A stretch of 64,000 nucleotides of DNA from an uncultured Pseudomonadota bacterium. Lineage in GTDB: Bacteria > Pseudomonadota > Alphaproteobacteria > JACZXZ01. The DNA lies in NCBI GenBank assembly GCA_963749075.1, contig CAVVLJ010000004.1, positions 484,477 through 548,476 on the forward strand, written 5' to 3'. Under the pieces are notes generated by a model, which saw only the letters and a list, made by a program, of their open reading frames with translations, was not told where the DNA came from and did not search any database. Both the position numbers and the translations under genes were made by a program. This document shows positions 45,955 through 56,189 of the stretch, one piece after another. Positions within the stretch are counted from its first letter, which is position 1; every line of letters starts with the position of its first letter.

Positions 45955-47988
45955 TCACGTCTTGGGCTTGATCTCGCGCTCGCGCAGGTAATCGTCGGTC
46001 GTGCGCGGCTTCGGCCGCGCGGGCGCGCCATAGGGATCGAAGCCTTCCTCGGTGACGACGGCGACGCGGCAATCTTCGCACATCCTGATGATCTCGAGCC
46101 GGCTTGCCGAGTTCCGGTACATCCAGTGCTTGCCTTCGAGCTTGGCGGCGACGCGCTCGATCGTGCTCTTGACGCCGAACGGCTTGCCGCAACGAATGCA
46201 GGAGAACGGCTCCTCCTCTTTGAGCACGCGCGCCGACACGACGGCCGTGCGAAAATCGAGCCGCGGCGTCAGGCTGATCACCTTCTCGGGGCAGGTTGCC
46301 TTGCATAGGCCGCATTGCACGCAGGCATCCTCGGCGAAACGCAGCACCGGCCGTTCCGGATCATCCGTCAGCGCGCCGGTCGGGCAGGCGGAGACGCAGG
46401 AGAGACACAGCGTGCAGCCCTCGACATCGATTTCGACGGCGCCGAACGGAGCGCCCTCGGGCAGTGCTATGACCTCGGCGGCGGCCGGGGCGACGCGATG
46501 GAGCTCCTGCAACGCGAAGCGGAGCACCTCTCGCTTGCCGCCTACGGGCAGGAAGCTCGCGGGCCGGGACACCGCAACGGCCGGCCCCATCGCGCGCAGC
46601 GCCTCCCCGAGCGCCGCGGGATCGTCGGTCTCGATGGTCGCAAGACGCCCGCCCGCGAAGCCAAGGCCGGCAAGGATCGCCTCGGCGAGCGCTATCGTAT
46701 GGCGCAAACCGGCAAGATCGGTGCGCGCTTTGGCGCGCAGGATCACGCGCACGGCCGCAGCGCCGTAGGCGAAGGCCGCGGCGATCGCCTCGAGGCCGAG
46801 CTGCGTCACCTCGTTGACGGCAAACGGCAAGACATCGGCGGGCAACCCATCGCCGTCACGGGCGAGGGCGTCGATCAGCGCCCCGCCGTGAGTCTCGTCA
46901 TGAAACAGAAGAGTGGGCGCAGCACCGCCGGCCTCGCGATAGACAGCGAGCAGCGTGCGCAGCTTGCGCATGAGCGCGTCGGCGGGTGGCAGCGCATAGC
47001 CGGCGGCACCGGTCGGGCAGGCGGCCGCGCATTGGCCGCAACCGGCGCAAATCCCGTCGTCGATCGCCACGTGATCGCCGGCGGGAGCGATGGCGCCCGT
47101 CGGACAGAGATCGAGGCAGCGCCGGCAGCCGACGATCTCGGAGCGCGAATGGGCGCAGATGTCGGCGGTGAAGTTGACGTAGCGCGGCTTGTCGAAGGTG
47201 CCGACGAGATCGCGCGCGCGCAGCACCGCCTCGAGCACGGCGGCCCGGTTGCCGGGATCGGCGCGCAGGTAGCCCTCGCGCAGCTCGGCCGCAGGGAACA
47301 GCGGCGGCCCGCCGGAGACGTCGAGCAGGACATCGCAGCGCGACACGGCGCCGTCGCGTGCCGCTCCGAAAGTCAGTGCCGCGCGCGAGGAGGGCAGCGG
47401 GGAGGCATAGTCGTCGACGACGATCTCGAACGCCCCGAGATGACCCTTCGCTGCGCGGATCGTCCCCTTCGCGATGGGAAAATCGGTGGTGCGCGGCGGC
47501 GTCAGATGACCAGGCCGTGTGACCAGCGCCGTCACGTCAAGATGCTCCTTCAGCAGACCGGACGCCTCGATCGCGCGCTCATCGCGTCCGTAAACGAGAA
47601 TGACCCCGGCGCTTTCAAGTCGAACGAAGCGAAGCTCGGGCATCGGCACCGCGGCGGCGGCAGCGAGTGCTGCCATCTTGGGTCCCGCCTTCGCAGCCTC
47701 GCTCGACCAGCCGGCGCTTTCGCGCAGATTGGCGAAGCTCAATTCGACGCGGCTCTCGCCTGCGGCCTCGCGGAAGAGCGGCGCCTCCTGCGTGCAGCCG
47801 ACGGTGATCGGCGCGCCCGAGGCGGCAAGCGCGCGAAAGCGATCGAGCTCGGCGCGGCAAAGCTGGCGGCCGCGCACGATCTCAGCACCCCGGCAGCCGC
47901 GCTGCAAAGCACCGGCGTCGAGCGGCATGGTATCTTCGCAGGAGCAGACCAGGAGCGTGCGCCGATCGGGCATCTCTTTTCTCGTCAT
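45955..47988 (-). CDS. Multi-[4Fe-4S] protein of FDH accessory cluster
   Basis: CSCE, CTQEAP, CRRCLDLCP, CAGCGQCAAACP, CTLCLSCVSACP, CVQCGLCKATCP. Confidence 0.9.
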   Translation of the reverse strand: MTRKEMPDRRTLLVCSCEDTMPLDAGALQRGCRGAEIVRGRQLCRAELDRFRALAASGAPITVGCTQEAPLFREAAGESRVELSFANLRESAGWSSEAAKAGPKMAALAAAAAVPMPELRFVRLESAGVILVYGRDERAIEASGLLKEHLDVTALVTRPGHLTPPRTTDFPIAKGTIRAAKGHLGAFEIVVDDYASPLPSSRAALTFGAARDGAVSRCDVLLDVSGGPPLFPAAELREGYLRADPGNRAAVLEAVLRARDLVGTFDKPRYVNFTADICAHSRSEIVGCRRCLDLCPTGAIAPAGDHVAIDDGICAGCGQCAAACPTGAAGYALPPADALMRKLRTLLAVYREAGGAAPTLLFHDETHGGALIDALARDGDGLPADVLPFAVNEVTQLGLEAIAAAFAYGAAAVRVILRAKARTDLAGLRHTIALAEAILAGLGFAGGRLATIETDDPAALGEALRAMGPAVAVSRPASFLPVGGKREVLRFALQELHRVAPAAAEVIALPEGAPFGAVEIDVEGCTLCLSCVSACPTGALTDDPERPVLRFAEDACVQCGLCKATCPEKVISLTPRLDFRTAVVSARVLKEEEPFSCIRCGKPFGVKSTIERVAAKLEGKHWMYRNSASRLEIIRMCEDCRVAVVTEEGFDPYGAPARPKPRTTDDYLREREIKPKT

Positions 47989-48070
47989 GCGCGAGCCATC
48001 GTCGGGGCTGACGGGAAACTCGGCCAAGGCTATATTGTTAACCGGCGGAAGGTAAGGCTATAGTTCGGCC

Positions 48071-48829
48071 ATGCCTCAGGAGCAGAGCAGCCGCATAGGC
48101 AGGCCCCATCGGCGCGCCCTCGACCTGCCGCCGCCCTACCGGCTGGTCGTGCTGCGGGAGGTCGGCGATGCCTTCGCCCACGCCTGCGCCAATGCCGTTC
48201 AATTCGGCGCCGGGACGCTTGTCTTCGTCGGCCGCTTCGATCTCGCGGAGTTCGCCGTCGTTCTGGAGCCCGAGGAGCCGCTCGCCTCGGCGCGCCTCGC
48301 ATTCTATGCCGGCATGGTTGCGCTCGGCGATGCACTCGCTGCCTTGGCGCCGCCGGAAAAGTCGATCACCATCGAATGGCCGGATGCGATCCACGTCGAT
48401 CGCGGCCTCGTCGGCGGCGGGCGTCTGGCGTGGCCCGAGGGCGCCGGCGAGCGCACGGTGCCCGATTGGCTCGTCTTCGGTGCCGCGATTCGCACGGTTT
48501 CCATGAGCGGGGAGGAAGCGGGCCTGCATCCGCTTGCCACGGCACTCGGAGAGGAAGGCTTCGGCGACGCCGGCTCGGAGCAGCTCGTCGAGGGTTTCGC
48601 CCGGCATCTCATGGTCGCGCTCGATCGTTGGCATGAAGGCGGCTTCGCCCCCATCGCCAAGGCATACACGGCGAAGCTGCAGCCCGAAAGCGGCGCGCGG
48701 CGCGAGATCGGCGAGACCGGCGATCTCCATGTCCGGCGCGCGGGCAAACCCGTCGTGCGGCGGCCATTGCCGCCGGCGCTGAATGCGCCCTCGTGGCTCG
48801 ATCCGAGGACGGGGGGGCCGCTCTTATGA
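48071..48829 (+). CDS. Biotin/lipoate ligase-like (DUF4444-type) FDH accessory protein
   Basis: GAGTLV, AVVLEPE, EWPDAIHVDRGLVGGGRL, PDWLVFG. Confidence 0.8.
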   Translation: MPQEQSSRIGRPHRRALDLPPPYRLVVLREVGDAFAHACANAVQFGAGTLVFVGRFDLAEFAVVLEPEEPLASARLAFYAGMVALGDALAALAPPEKSITIEWPDAIHVDRGLVGGGRLAWPEGAGERTVPDWLVFGAAIRTVSMSGEEAGLHPLATALGEEGFGDAGSEQLVEGFARHLMVALDRWHEGGFAPIAKAYTAKLQPESGARREIGETGDLHVRRAGKPVVRRPLPPALNAPSWLDPRTGGPLL

Positions 48830-49362
48830 AACTGCCGCGCACCATCCGTCTCGATCCCTCGGACACGTTCATTTTCCCCGCCGCCGCCGAGCCGGGCGAA
48901 TGGGCGATTTCCGGGGCGTTCGTGTTTTCCGATGTGGCGTTAGCGACGCTCAAAGGAAAGGAGCTCGCGGCATTTCGCAGCGGCTTTCTCGGCGTGCCGT
49001 CGCTTGGCTGGTCGACGCTGGCGCAAATCGTCGACGCGGATGCGAAGGATCGAGCTGCCGCGATCGATTTGGCGGCGCGATGCCTGATCGAGCGCTTCGG
49101 CGCTCCCGACCTTGCCGCGGCGCGCGAAGCCGCGGCGGAGGAAGTCGACTTTTCGGCCTCGCTCTGCGTTCACCCGCCGGGCACCTTGATTGCCGTTCAC
49201 CGCACCGATGAAGGCGGCGAGATCCGTGAAGCCTTCCGCAGCTTGCATCCGCGCGGCGGCGCCACAGGGTGGCGCGCCTTCTCCTTCCGCGACGCCAAGA
49301 TCGAAGACGATCCGGCCGAGACCCTGGAGCTGGCGAGGCTCGCGCGCGGAGACCGGGCATGA
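48826..49362 (+). CDS. DUF6505-type FDH accessory protein
   Basis: RTIRLDPSDTFIF..AAEPGEWAISGAF, FRSGFLG. Confidence 0.78.
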   Translation: MKLPRTIRLDPSDTFIFPAAAEPGEWAISGAFVFSDVALATLKGKELAAFRSGFLGVPSLGWSTLAQIVDADAKDRAAAIDLAARCLIERFGAPDLAAAREAAAEEVDFSASLCVHPPGTLIAVHRTDEGGEIREAFRSLHPRGGATGWRAFSFRDAKIEDDPAETLELARLARGDRA

Positions 49363-50354
49363 CCGATTTTTGGCTCTCCTGCGGCCATCATCTGACGGAT
49401 CGCGATGCGGGAGGCGGATTGCTGGTCAGCGACGAGTTCCTCAAAGCCTATCTGGCGCGGCCGGAGCTGAGACCCCCGCCCGAAGCCTGCGCCGCCGAGT
49501 GCCGGCTGCACGCGGCACTGCTGGCCGATCCGCGCCGCCCTGTCGCCGGCGAGGAGATTGCGTCGATCGCGGACTCGGACGCGCGGGAGAATTGGCAACT
49601 GATGATCGCCTTTCGCGACCATTTGCTGCGCCACGGGACGCTCGAGGCGGCCTACCTCGATCTCGTGCGCCGCAACATCGGCAGCTTCCCGCCGCTCTTC
49701 CTCAACCAGCTCGTTCATGTGATCCTGCGTAACCTCCTCGACGGCTGCGGCGATCCGTTCGTGATACGAGCCGCCGAGCTCTTCTTTCGCCCGCAGCGAG
49801 TGACGATGCACGGCGGATGCCTGATCGCCGCGGACGAGGAGAAGATCGCCGGCACGGGCGCTCAGCCGTTGTCGCCGCTGGTGTCCATGCTGGGAATCCC
49901 GGCGGGCGCCGAGATCGACGTCCTGACGGAGGATAACGCGCCATGCTATTGGGAGCGTAGCGATCGCTTCGACATGGCGCTCGATCTCAGCGTCGGCCGC
50001 CGCGGCATTGCCGCGCTCGCTGAGGTCGTCGAGGGCTGGGTAAGGCACATGTTGCCCATCGACGCCCGCGTCGTGCCGCTCCACGAAATGCGCGACGTGC
50101 AGCTGAGCTGGTATGTCGGCCTCGACGCGGAAGCCACACGCATCGGCGATGCGCTCTGGCGCGGCGAGGAGCTCGACGAGGCAGCGCTGAGACGCGTGGT
50201 TGCGCTGTTCCGGCTGAGCTTCGGCAGCTCGGAGCCGGTTGCGATCGATGAAGTCTATCTCATCCTGGCGATGACGGCCGACAGAGTGCTGCGCGTGAAA
50301 CCGCAGAATCTGCTGACCGGCTTGCCGGCCAGGCGTCTCGCAGCGCTGGCATGA
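49359..50354 (+). CDS. DUF6352-type FDH accessory protein
   Basis: DFWLSCGHHL, AYLARPEL, WYVGLDAEATRIG, KPQNLLTGLP. Confidence 0.78.
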   Translation: MTDFWLSCGHHLTDRDAGGGLLVSDEFLKAYLARPELRPPPEACAAECRLHAALLADPRRPVAGEEIASIADSDARENWQLMIAFRDHLLRHGTLEAAYLDLVRRNIGSFPPLFLNQLVHVILRNLLDGCGDPFVIRAAELFFRPQRVTMHGGCLIAADEEKIAGTGAQPLSPLVSMLGIPAGAEIDVLTEDNAPCYWERSDRFDMALDLSVGRRGIAALAEVVEGWVRHMLPIDARVVPLHEMRDVQLSWYVGLDAEATRIGDALWRGEELDEAALRRVVALFRLSFGSSEPVAIDEVYLILAMTADRVLRVKPQNLLTGLPARRLAALA

Positions 50355-50872
50355 GCCCGGTAGTTCCACTCCTGCGCATTCCCGTCGGCGTGGTCGTCGA
50401 GCGGCGCAAGGCGATCTCGCCGTGGGCCGATGTCCTGTGGCGGCCGGTGGCCGTGCTCGGCGGCCTTCCCGATGCCGCCCCCTGGACGCGGCTGAGGAGC
50501 GAGGGCGATACGGCGACGTTCTATGCCGGTGCCGCCGAGATCGCGCTCTACCGCTCGGAAACCGACAACTACCGCAGAAATCTTGTCTCGGGAGCGCCCT
50601 CCGTGTGGGTGGCACTGCAGGCCAGCGGCCGTGAGCCGCCATACGAGATCGCCGCCGTCACCGCGGACCCCGCGGAAGGCGAGGCCATGACCGAGGCCGG
50701 TCAGGCGATCGTCGAGGCGGTGGCGATGGCCGAGGGCTTGCGCGAGGCCATTGCCGCCTTCGTCGCCGAGCACCATATCGAGCGGGCCTTCGTGAAGCGC
50801 AAGCGCGACCGTGCCGATCCGGAAGCGCTGGCGCCGCGCGGCCCGCTGGTTGGGGGCGGCGATGAGCGATGA
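50351..50872 (+). CDS. DUF3305 protein
   Basis: VGVVVERR, WRPVAVL, LYRSETDNY, VTADPAEGE, FVKRKRDR. Confidence 0.88.
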   Translation: MSPVVPLLRIPVGVVVERRKAISPWADVLWRPVAVLGGLPDAAPWTRLRSEGDTATFYAGAAEIALYRSETDNYRRNLVSGAPSVWVALQASGREPPYEIAAVTADPAEGEAMTEAGQAIVEAVAMAEGLREAIAAFVAEHHIERAFVKRKRDRADPEALAPRGPLVGGGDER

Positions 50873-51485
50873 TGAGGGCTTTCTCGCGCGTTGGTCGCGG
50901 CGCAAGCGCGGCGCGGCGCAGCGGGCGGGCGACCGGCCGGAGCCGGAGACGGCCGGCCCCAGCCCGGCGCCTCGCGGCCCCTCCGCGGCACCTCTCCCCG
51001 AGGAGGCGCCGCTGCCTTTCGATCCGGCGGGACTGCCGCCGATCGAATCGATCGGCGCCGCATCCGATATCCAGCCTTTCCTCGCCGCCGGCGTGCCCGC
51101 GGAAGTGACGCGCGCCGCCCTTCGTCGCGCCTGGGCGGTGGATCCCGCCATCCGCGACTTCATCGGCCTGTCCGAGAACTCCTGGGACTTCAATGCCCCC
51201 GGAAGCATGGCGGGATTTGGCGAGTTGACGGCGGAGGAGGTTCGCCGGCTGCTGTCCCAGGCGATGCCGGAGCCGGACGCCAGCGGCGCAAGGAACCCTG
51301 CCCCGCACGTCGCGGCACCCGCTCATACTGCAGCGCACGCGCAGGACTCCGGCTCCGTGGCACCGGATCAGGCCGGAATCGAGCAAATAAATGATAATAA
51401 TGCTGCGGCGCAACATGACGGTGAGGGGCGCGAATGCTCTCCAGCCGTGCCGCGACGCAGTCATGGCGGCGCATTGCCCAAATAA
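50862..51485 (+). CDS. DUF3306 protein
   Basis: FLARWSRRK, LPPIESI, ALRRAW..DP..RDFIGLSENSWDFN. Confidence 0.88.
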   Translation: MSDDEGFLARWSRRKRGAAQRAGDRPEPETAGPSPAPRGPSAAPLPEEAPLPFDPAGLPPIESIGAASDIQPFLAAGVPAEVTRAALRRAWAVDPAIRDFIGLSENSWDFNAPGSMAGFGELTAEEVRRLLSQAMPEPDASGARNPAPHVAAPAHTAAHAQDSGSVAPDQAGIEQINDNNAAAQHDGEGRECSPAVPRRSHGGALPK

Positions 51486-51495
51486 TCTGCTTGCC

Positions 51496-51510
51496 ATAGC
51501 TTAAGGCTAT
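51496..51510. promoter_or_regulatory. Palindrome ATAGC-N5-GCTAT abutting a putative -35 (TTGACC)
   Basis: ATAGCTTAAGGCTAT; the AAGGCTAT half-site recurs at 48026 and 48054. Confidence 0.55.
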
Positions 51511-51577
51511 TGACCTGGCGATTGCTGGCGCACTAGCCTGTTGTCGAGCTGGCATTACCCCCGATCTTGAGGCTCCC

Positions 51578-52348
51578 ATGAGCGACCAGGGACTCAAGGA
51601 GGCGATCCGCGCCGCGGGCGGCGTGAGCGAGCTTGCGCGGCGGATCGGCATTGCCCAGCCCTCGGTCTCCAACTGGTCGCGGGTGCCCGCGGAGCGCGTG
51701 CTCTCGGTGGAGGGTGCAACCGGCGTCGCACGGACGGTACTGCGCCCGGATCTTTACGCCGAGACGCTCGACGGGCTCGACGACGTCGATGCCGGGCGCG
51801 CGCAGGAATATGCGTTCCTCGCGGTTCTGCTGGCTCAGGCACCGGGGTCTGAGCTGCTCAAGCGCATCGCCAAGCTGCGCGGCGACGCAACGCCTCTCGG
51901 CGTGGCGCACGCGGCACTGGCGCAAGCCGCGGCCAAGGCGCACGCCGACACGGTCGAGCGCGAGTACTTCGCTCTCTTCATCGGCGTCGGGCGCGGCGAG
52001 CTCGTGCCCTACGGCTCCTATTATCTGACCGGCTTTCTCCACGAGCGCCCGCTGGCGCGGCTGCGCGACGATCTCGGCGCCCTCGGCATAGAGCGGACCG
52101 AGCGCCTGCACGAGCCGGAGGACCATGCCGCCATCCTTTGCGAGATCATGACCGGACTGGTCGGCGGGCGCTTTCGCACGACCGCCGCAAGGCGGCAGGA
52201 ATTCTTCGAGAGACATCTCGCTCCATGGCTCGGCCGCTTCTTCGCCGACCTGGAAGGAGCGGAGGCGGCCGACTTCTACCGCCCGGTCGGCGCGATAGGG
52301 CGGCTGTTCATCGAGATCGAGAGAGAAGCATTCGCGCTGCCCGCGTGA
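51578..52348 (+). CDS. Cro/YdaS-like HTH fused to TorD/DmsD family chaperone
   Basis: AGGVSELARRIGIAQPSVSNW...LRPDLY, then PYGSYY, EPEDH, FFERHLAPW. Confidence 0.9.
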   Translation: MSDQGLKEAIRAAGGVSELARRIGIAQPSVSNWSRVPAERVLSVEGATGVARTVLRPDLYAETLDGLDDVDAGRAQEYAFLAVLLAQAPGSELLKRIAKLRGDATPLGVAHAALAQAAAKAHADTVEREYFALFIGVGRGELVPYGSYYLTGFLHERPLARLRDDLGALGIERTERLHEPEDHAAILCEIMTGLVGGRFRTTAARRQEFFERHLAPWLGRFFADLEGAEAADFYRPVGAIGRLFIEIEREAFALPA

Positions 52349-52378
52349 ACGGGCGCGCCGGGACGGGAGGACAAGGCC

Positions 52379-52582
52379 ATGACAAGCGAACCCAAGGCGG
52401 CCTTGGGGCGGCGCGGCTTCATCCGCGCGCTCGGCGTCGGTGCGGCTGCCGCCGCCGCCGCCGCCCCGCTCGCGAGCGAGGCCGTGGCCGACAGCGGCAG
52501 CAGCGACGATAAGCGCAAGGCGCGCTACCGCGAATCCGACGAGGTCAAGACCTATTACCGCGTCAACCGCTACCCGAGCTGA
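52379..52582 (+). CDS. Small Tat-signal protein of FDH locus
   Basis: GRRGFI twin-arginine motif; YRESDEVKTYYRVNRY. Confidence 0.88.
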   Translation: MTSEPKAALGRRGFIRALGVGAAAAAAAAPLASEAVADSGSSDDKRKARYRESDEVKTYYRVNRYPS

Positions 52583-52593
52583 GGGAGGCACCC

Positions 52594-55506
52594 GTGCTGA
52601 TCAGGAGAACGGATCACCAGGCGCGGCGCGGCAGCCTCGTTGCCCTCGCCGGCCAAGCCGACCGCGGCCTCGACCGCCGCGCCTTCCTGCGCCGCTCGGG
52701 CCTCGTCGCCGGCGGTCTCGCGGCGCTGGGTGCGCTGCCGCTCGCCGGCGTGCGCCGGGCCGAGGCCGGACCGCCGCCGGCCGCCGGTGCCGAGGTGGCG
52801 ATGCGCAAGAGCATCTGCACCCATTGCGCGGTCGGCTGCACGGTGACGGCCGAAGTCGCCAACGGCGTGTGGATCGGCCAGGAGCCGAGCTGGGACAGCC
52901 CGATCAACCGCGGTTCGCATTGCGCCAAGGGTGCCGCGGTGCGCGAGCTCGTCTCGGGCGAGCGGCGGCTCAAATATCCCCTCAAGCTCGTGGGCGGCCA
53001 ATGGACCCGCATCAAGTGGGATGAGGCCATCAACGAGATCGGCGACAAGCTGATGGCGATCCGCGGGCAATCCGGGCCGGACGCGGTCTACTGGCTCGGC
53101 TCGGCGAAGTTCACCAACGAAGGCGCCTACATGTTCCGCAAGTTCGGCGCCTTCTGGGGGACCAACAACACCGATCACCAGGCGCGCATCTGCCATTCGA
53201 CGACGGTCACCGGGGTCGCCAATACCTGGGGCTACGGCGCCATGACCAACAGCTTCAACGACATCCGGAACGCGAAGACGCAGATCATCATGGGCGGCAA
53301 TCCGGCCGAGGCCCATCCGGTGTCGCTGCAGCACCTTCTCGAGGGTGCCGAGCTCAACAAGGCGAACGTGGTGGTCATCGATCCGCGCCTGACGCGCACG
53401 GCCGCGCACGCCACCGAGTACGTGCGGCTGCGGCCGGGCACCGACATTCCGGTGCTCTACGGCATGATGTGGCACATCGTCAAGAACGGCTGGGAGGACA
53501 AGGAATTCATCGCCCAGCGCGTCTACGGCTTCGAGGACGTCCGCAAGGAGATCGAGAAATGGACGCCCGAGGAGGTCGAGCGCGTCTCCGGCGTCCCCGG
53601 CGAGCAATTGAAGCGCGTCGCAGAGATGTTCGCGACGCAGAAGCCGGCGACCTTGATCTGGTGCATGGGCCAGACCCAGCACACCGTCGGCACCGCCAAT
53701 GTGCGGGCGAGCTGCATCGCACTGCTGCTGACCGGCAATGTGGGCAAGGCGGGAACCGGCGCCAACATCTTCCGCGGCCACGACAACGTTCAGGGCGCCA
53801 CCGACGTGGGTCTCGATATCGTCACCCTGCCGTTCTACTACGGCCTTGTCGAAGGCGCCTGGCGGCACTGGGGGCGCGTCTGGGAGGTCGACTACGACTA
53901 TCTCCAGTCGCGCTTCGAATCCAAGAAGATGATGGAGACCGCCGGCATCCCGCTGACGCGCTGGTTCGATGCCGTCCTCCTGCCCAAGGACCAGGTGGCG
54001 CAGAAGGACAACGTGCGCGCGATGTACGTGCAGGGGCACGCGAGCAACAGCATCACGCGCATTCCGGAGTCCCTCAAGGGGCTGCAGAAGCTCGACCTTC
54101 TGGTCGTCGTCGATCCCCATCCCACGACCTGGGCCTCGCTCGCGCTAAAGGCGGGGCGCAAGGACAACATGTATCTGTTGCCGGCCTGCACGCAGTTCGA
54201 GGCCTCCGGCTCGCGCGTCGCCTCGAACCGCTCGATGCAATGGGGCGAGCAGGTCGTCAAGCCGATCTTCGAATCGAAGAACGACCTTGAGATCATGTAC
54301 CTCTTGGCCGCCAAGCTCGGCTTTGCCGACAAGATGTTCAAGAACATCAAGGTCGAGAACAACGATCCGCTGCCGGAGGACGTGCTGCGCGAAATGAACC
54401 GCGGCAGCTGGTCGACCGGCTATTGCGGACAGTCGCCCGAGCGCATCAAGCTCCACATGTCGAACCAGAAGGACTTCGATCTGGTCACCATGCGCGCGAA
54501 GGACGGCCCGGCCAAGGGCGACTACTACGGCCTGCCCTGGCCGTGCTGGGGCAGTCCCGCGGTCAAGCATCCCGGCACGCCGCTGCTCTACAACACCTAC
54601 CTCAACGTCATGGACGGCGGCGGCACCTTCCGTGCCCGCTTCGGCGTCGAGCGCAATGGGGTGAATTTGCTCGCGGAAGGCTCCTACTCGGTGGGCTCGG
54701 AGATCAAGGACGGCTATCCCGAGTTCACCATGGCCGTCTTGAAGAAGCTCGGCTGGGACGGCGATCTCACTCCCGAGGAGCTGGCGACCATCGAGAAGGT
54801 CGCGGGCAGTCCCGAGAAAGTCGGTACGGTGTCGTGGTCGATCGACCTTTCCGGCGGCATCCAGCGCGTCGCCATGAAGCACGGCTGCGTGCCGTACGGG
54901 AACGCGAAGGCCCGCATGAATGCCTTCGGCCTGCCGGACCCGATCCCGGTGCATCGCGAGCCGATCTACTCGCCGCGGATCGAACTCGTCGCCAAATACC
55001 CCACCCTGCCCGACGCCAAGCAGTTCCGGCTGCCGAACATCGGCTTCACGGTGCAGAAGGCGGCGGTGGACAAGGGTGTCGCCAAGCAGTTTCCCCTGAT
55101 CCTGAGTTCCGGCCGGCTCGTCGAGTATGAGGGCGGCGGCGAGGAGACGCGTTCCAACAAATGGCTGGCCGAGCTGCAGCAGGACATGTTCATCGAGATC
55201 AATCCCGCCGATGCGGGCGAGCGCGGCATCAAGGACGGCGGCTGGGTCTGGGTGACGGGTGCCGAGAACAGCTCCAAGGCCAAGGTGAAGGCGCTCGTCA
55301 CCGAGCGGGTGGGCAAAGGCGTCGCCTGGATGCCGTTCCATTTCGGCGGCTGGCTTGGCGGCGAGGACCTGCGCTCGAAATATCCGCAAGGGACCGATCC
55401 CATCGTGCTCGGCGAGAGCGCCAACACCATCACGACCTACGGCTACGATCCGGCAACCGGGATGCAGGAGCCCAAAGTTACCCTGTGTCAGATCAGCGCG
55501 GCATAA
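52594..55506 (+). CDS. Formate dehydrogenase alpha subunit (Mo/W-bis-PGD, Tat-exported, Cys ligand)
   Basis: DRRAFL Tat motif, CTHCAVGC...CAKG, DHQARICHS, RGHDNVQG. Confidence 0.96.
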   Translation: MLIRRTDHQARRGSLVALAGQADRGLDRRAFLRRSGLVAGGLAALGALPLAGVRRAEAGPPPAAGAEVAMRKSICTHCAVGCTVTAEVANGVWIGQEPSWDSPINRGSHCAKGAAVRELVSGERRLKYPLKLVGGQWTRIKWDEAINEIGDKLMAIRGQSGPDAVYWLGSAKFTNEGAYMFRKFGAFWGTNNTDHQARICHSTTVTGVANTWGYGAMTNSFNDIRNAKTQIIMGGNPAEAHPVSLQHLLEGAELNKANVVVIDPRLTRTAAHATEYVRLRPGTDIPVLYGMMWHIVKNGWEDKEFIAQRVYGFEDVRKEIEKWTPEEVERVSGVPGEQLKRVAEMFATQKPATLIWCMGQTQHTVGTANVRASCIALLLTGNVGKAGTGANIFRGHDNVQGATDVGLDIVTLPFYYGLVEGAWRHWGRVWEVDYDYLQSRFESKKMMETAGIPLTRWFDAVLLPKDQVAQKDNVRAMYVQGHASNSITRIPESLKGLQKLDLLVVVDPHPTTWASLALKAGRKDNMYLLPACTQFEASGSRVASNRSMQWGEQVVKPIFESKNDLEIMYLLAAKLGFADKMFKNIKVENNDPLPEDVLREMNRGSWSTGYCGQSPERIKLHMSNQKDFDLVTMRAKDGPAKGDYYGLPWPCWGSPAVKHPGTPLLYNTYLNVMDGGGTFRARFGVERNGVNLLAEGSYSVGSEIKDGYPEFTMAVLKKLGWDGDLTPEELATIEKVAGSPEKVGTVSWSIDLSGGIQRVAMKHGCVPYGNAKARMNAFGLPDPIPVHREPIYSPRIELVAKYPTLPDAKQFRLPNIGFTVQKAAVDKGVAKQFPLILSSGRLVEYEGGGEETRSNKWLAELQQDMFIEINPADAGERGIKDGGWVWVTGAENSSKAKVKALVTERVGKGVAWMPFHFGGWLGGEDLRSKYPQGTDPIVLGESANTITTYGYDPATGMQEPKVTLCQISAA

Positions 55507-55520
55507 GGGGGGACGAGGCC

Positions 55521-56117
55521 ATGGCCCGGATGAAATTTCTCTGCGACGCCGACCGCTGCATCGAGTGCAACGCCTGCGTCACCGCCTGCAAGAACGAGAA
55601 TGAAGTGCCGTGGGGCATCAACCGCCGGCGCGTCGTCACCCTCAATGACGGCGAGCCGGGGGAGCGTTCGGTGTCGATGGCCTGTATGCATTGCACCGAT
55701 GCGCCCTGTCAGGCGGTTTGCCCGGTGAACGCCTTCTACACCACCCTCGACGGCGTGGTGCTGCATTCGAAGGACATCTGCATCGGCTGCGGCTATTGCT
55801 TCTACGCCTGCCCGTTCGGCGCGCCGCAATATCCGCGCGTCGGCAATTTCGGCTCGCGCGGCAAGATGGACAAATGCACGTTCTGCGCCGGGGGACCGGA
55901 AAAGGACGGCAGCATGGCCGAGTACGAGAAATACGGAGCCAACCGTCTGGCCGAGGGCAAGCTTCCGCTCTGCGCCGAGATGTGCTCGACCAAATCGCTG
56001 CTCGCCGGCGACGGCGAGATCATCGCGCAAATCTACAAGGAACGCGTGGTCAAGCGCGGCTACGGCTCCGGAGCCTGGGGCTGGAAGACCGCCTATCGCG
56101 AGACCGTGGCGTCATAA
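55521..56117 (+). CDS. fdh3B: Formate dehydrogenase FDH3-type beta (Fe-S) subunit
   Basis: CIECNACVTAC, CMHC, CIGCGYCFYACPFG, KCTFC. Confidence 0.93.
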   Translation: MARMKFLCDADRCIECNACVTACKNENEVPWGINRRRVVTLNDGEPGERSVSMACMHCTDAPCQAVCPVNAFYTTLDGVVLHSKDICIGCGYCFYACPFGAPQYPRVGNFGSRGKMDKCTFCAGGPEKDGSMAEYEKYGANRLAEGKLPLCAEMCSTKSLLAGDGEIIAQIYKERVVKRGYGSGAWGWKTAYRETVAS

Positions 56118-56189
56118 CGCCCGGCGCCGCTTCGCCGGAGGCAGCGCCCGCGCGAGCGGCCAAGAGGCGGGACAAAGGAGGACGTGGGC

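Noticed and set aside
52594-55506. Selenocysteine FDH
   Set aside because: The active site reads ARICHS with a Cys codon; no in-frame TGA.
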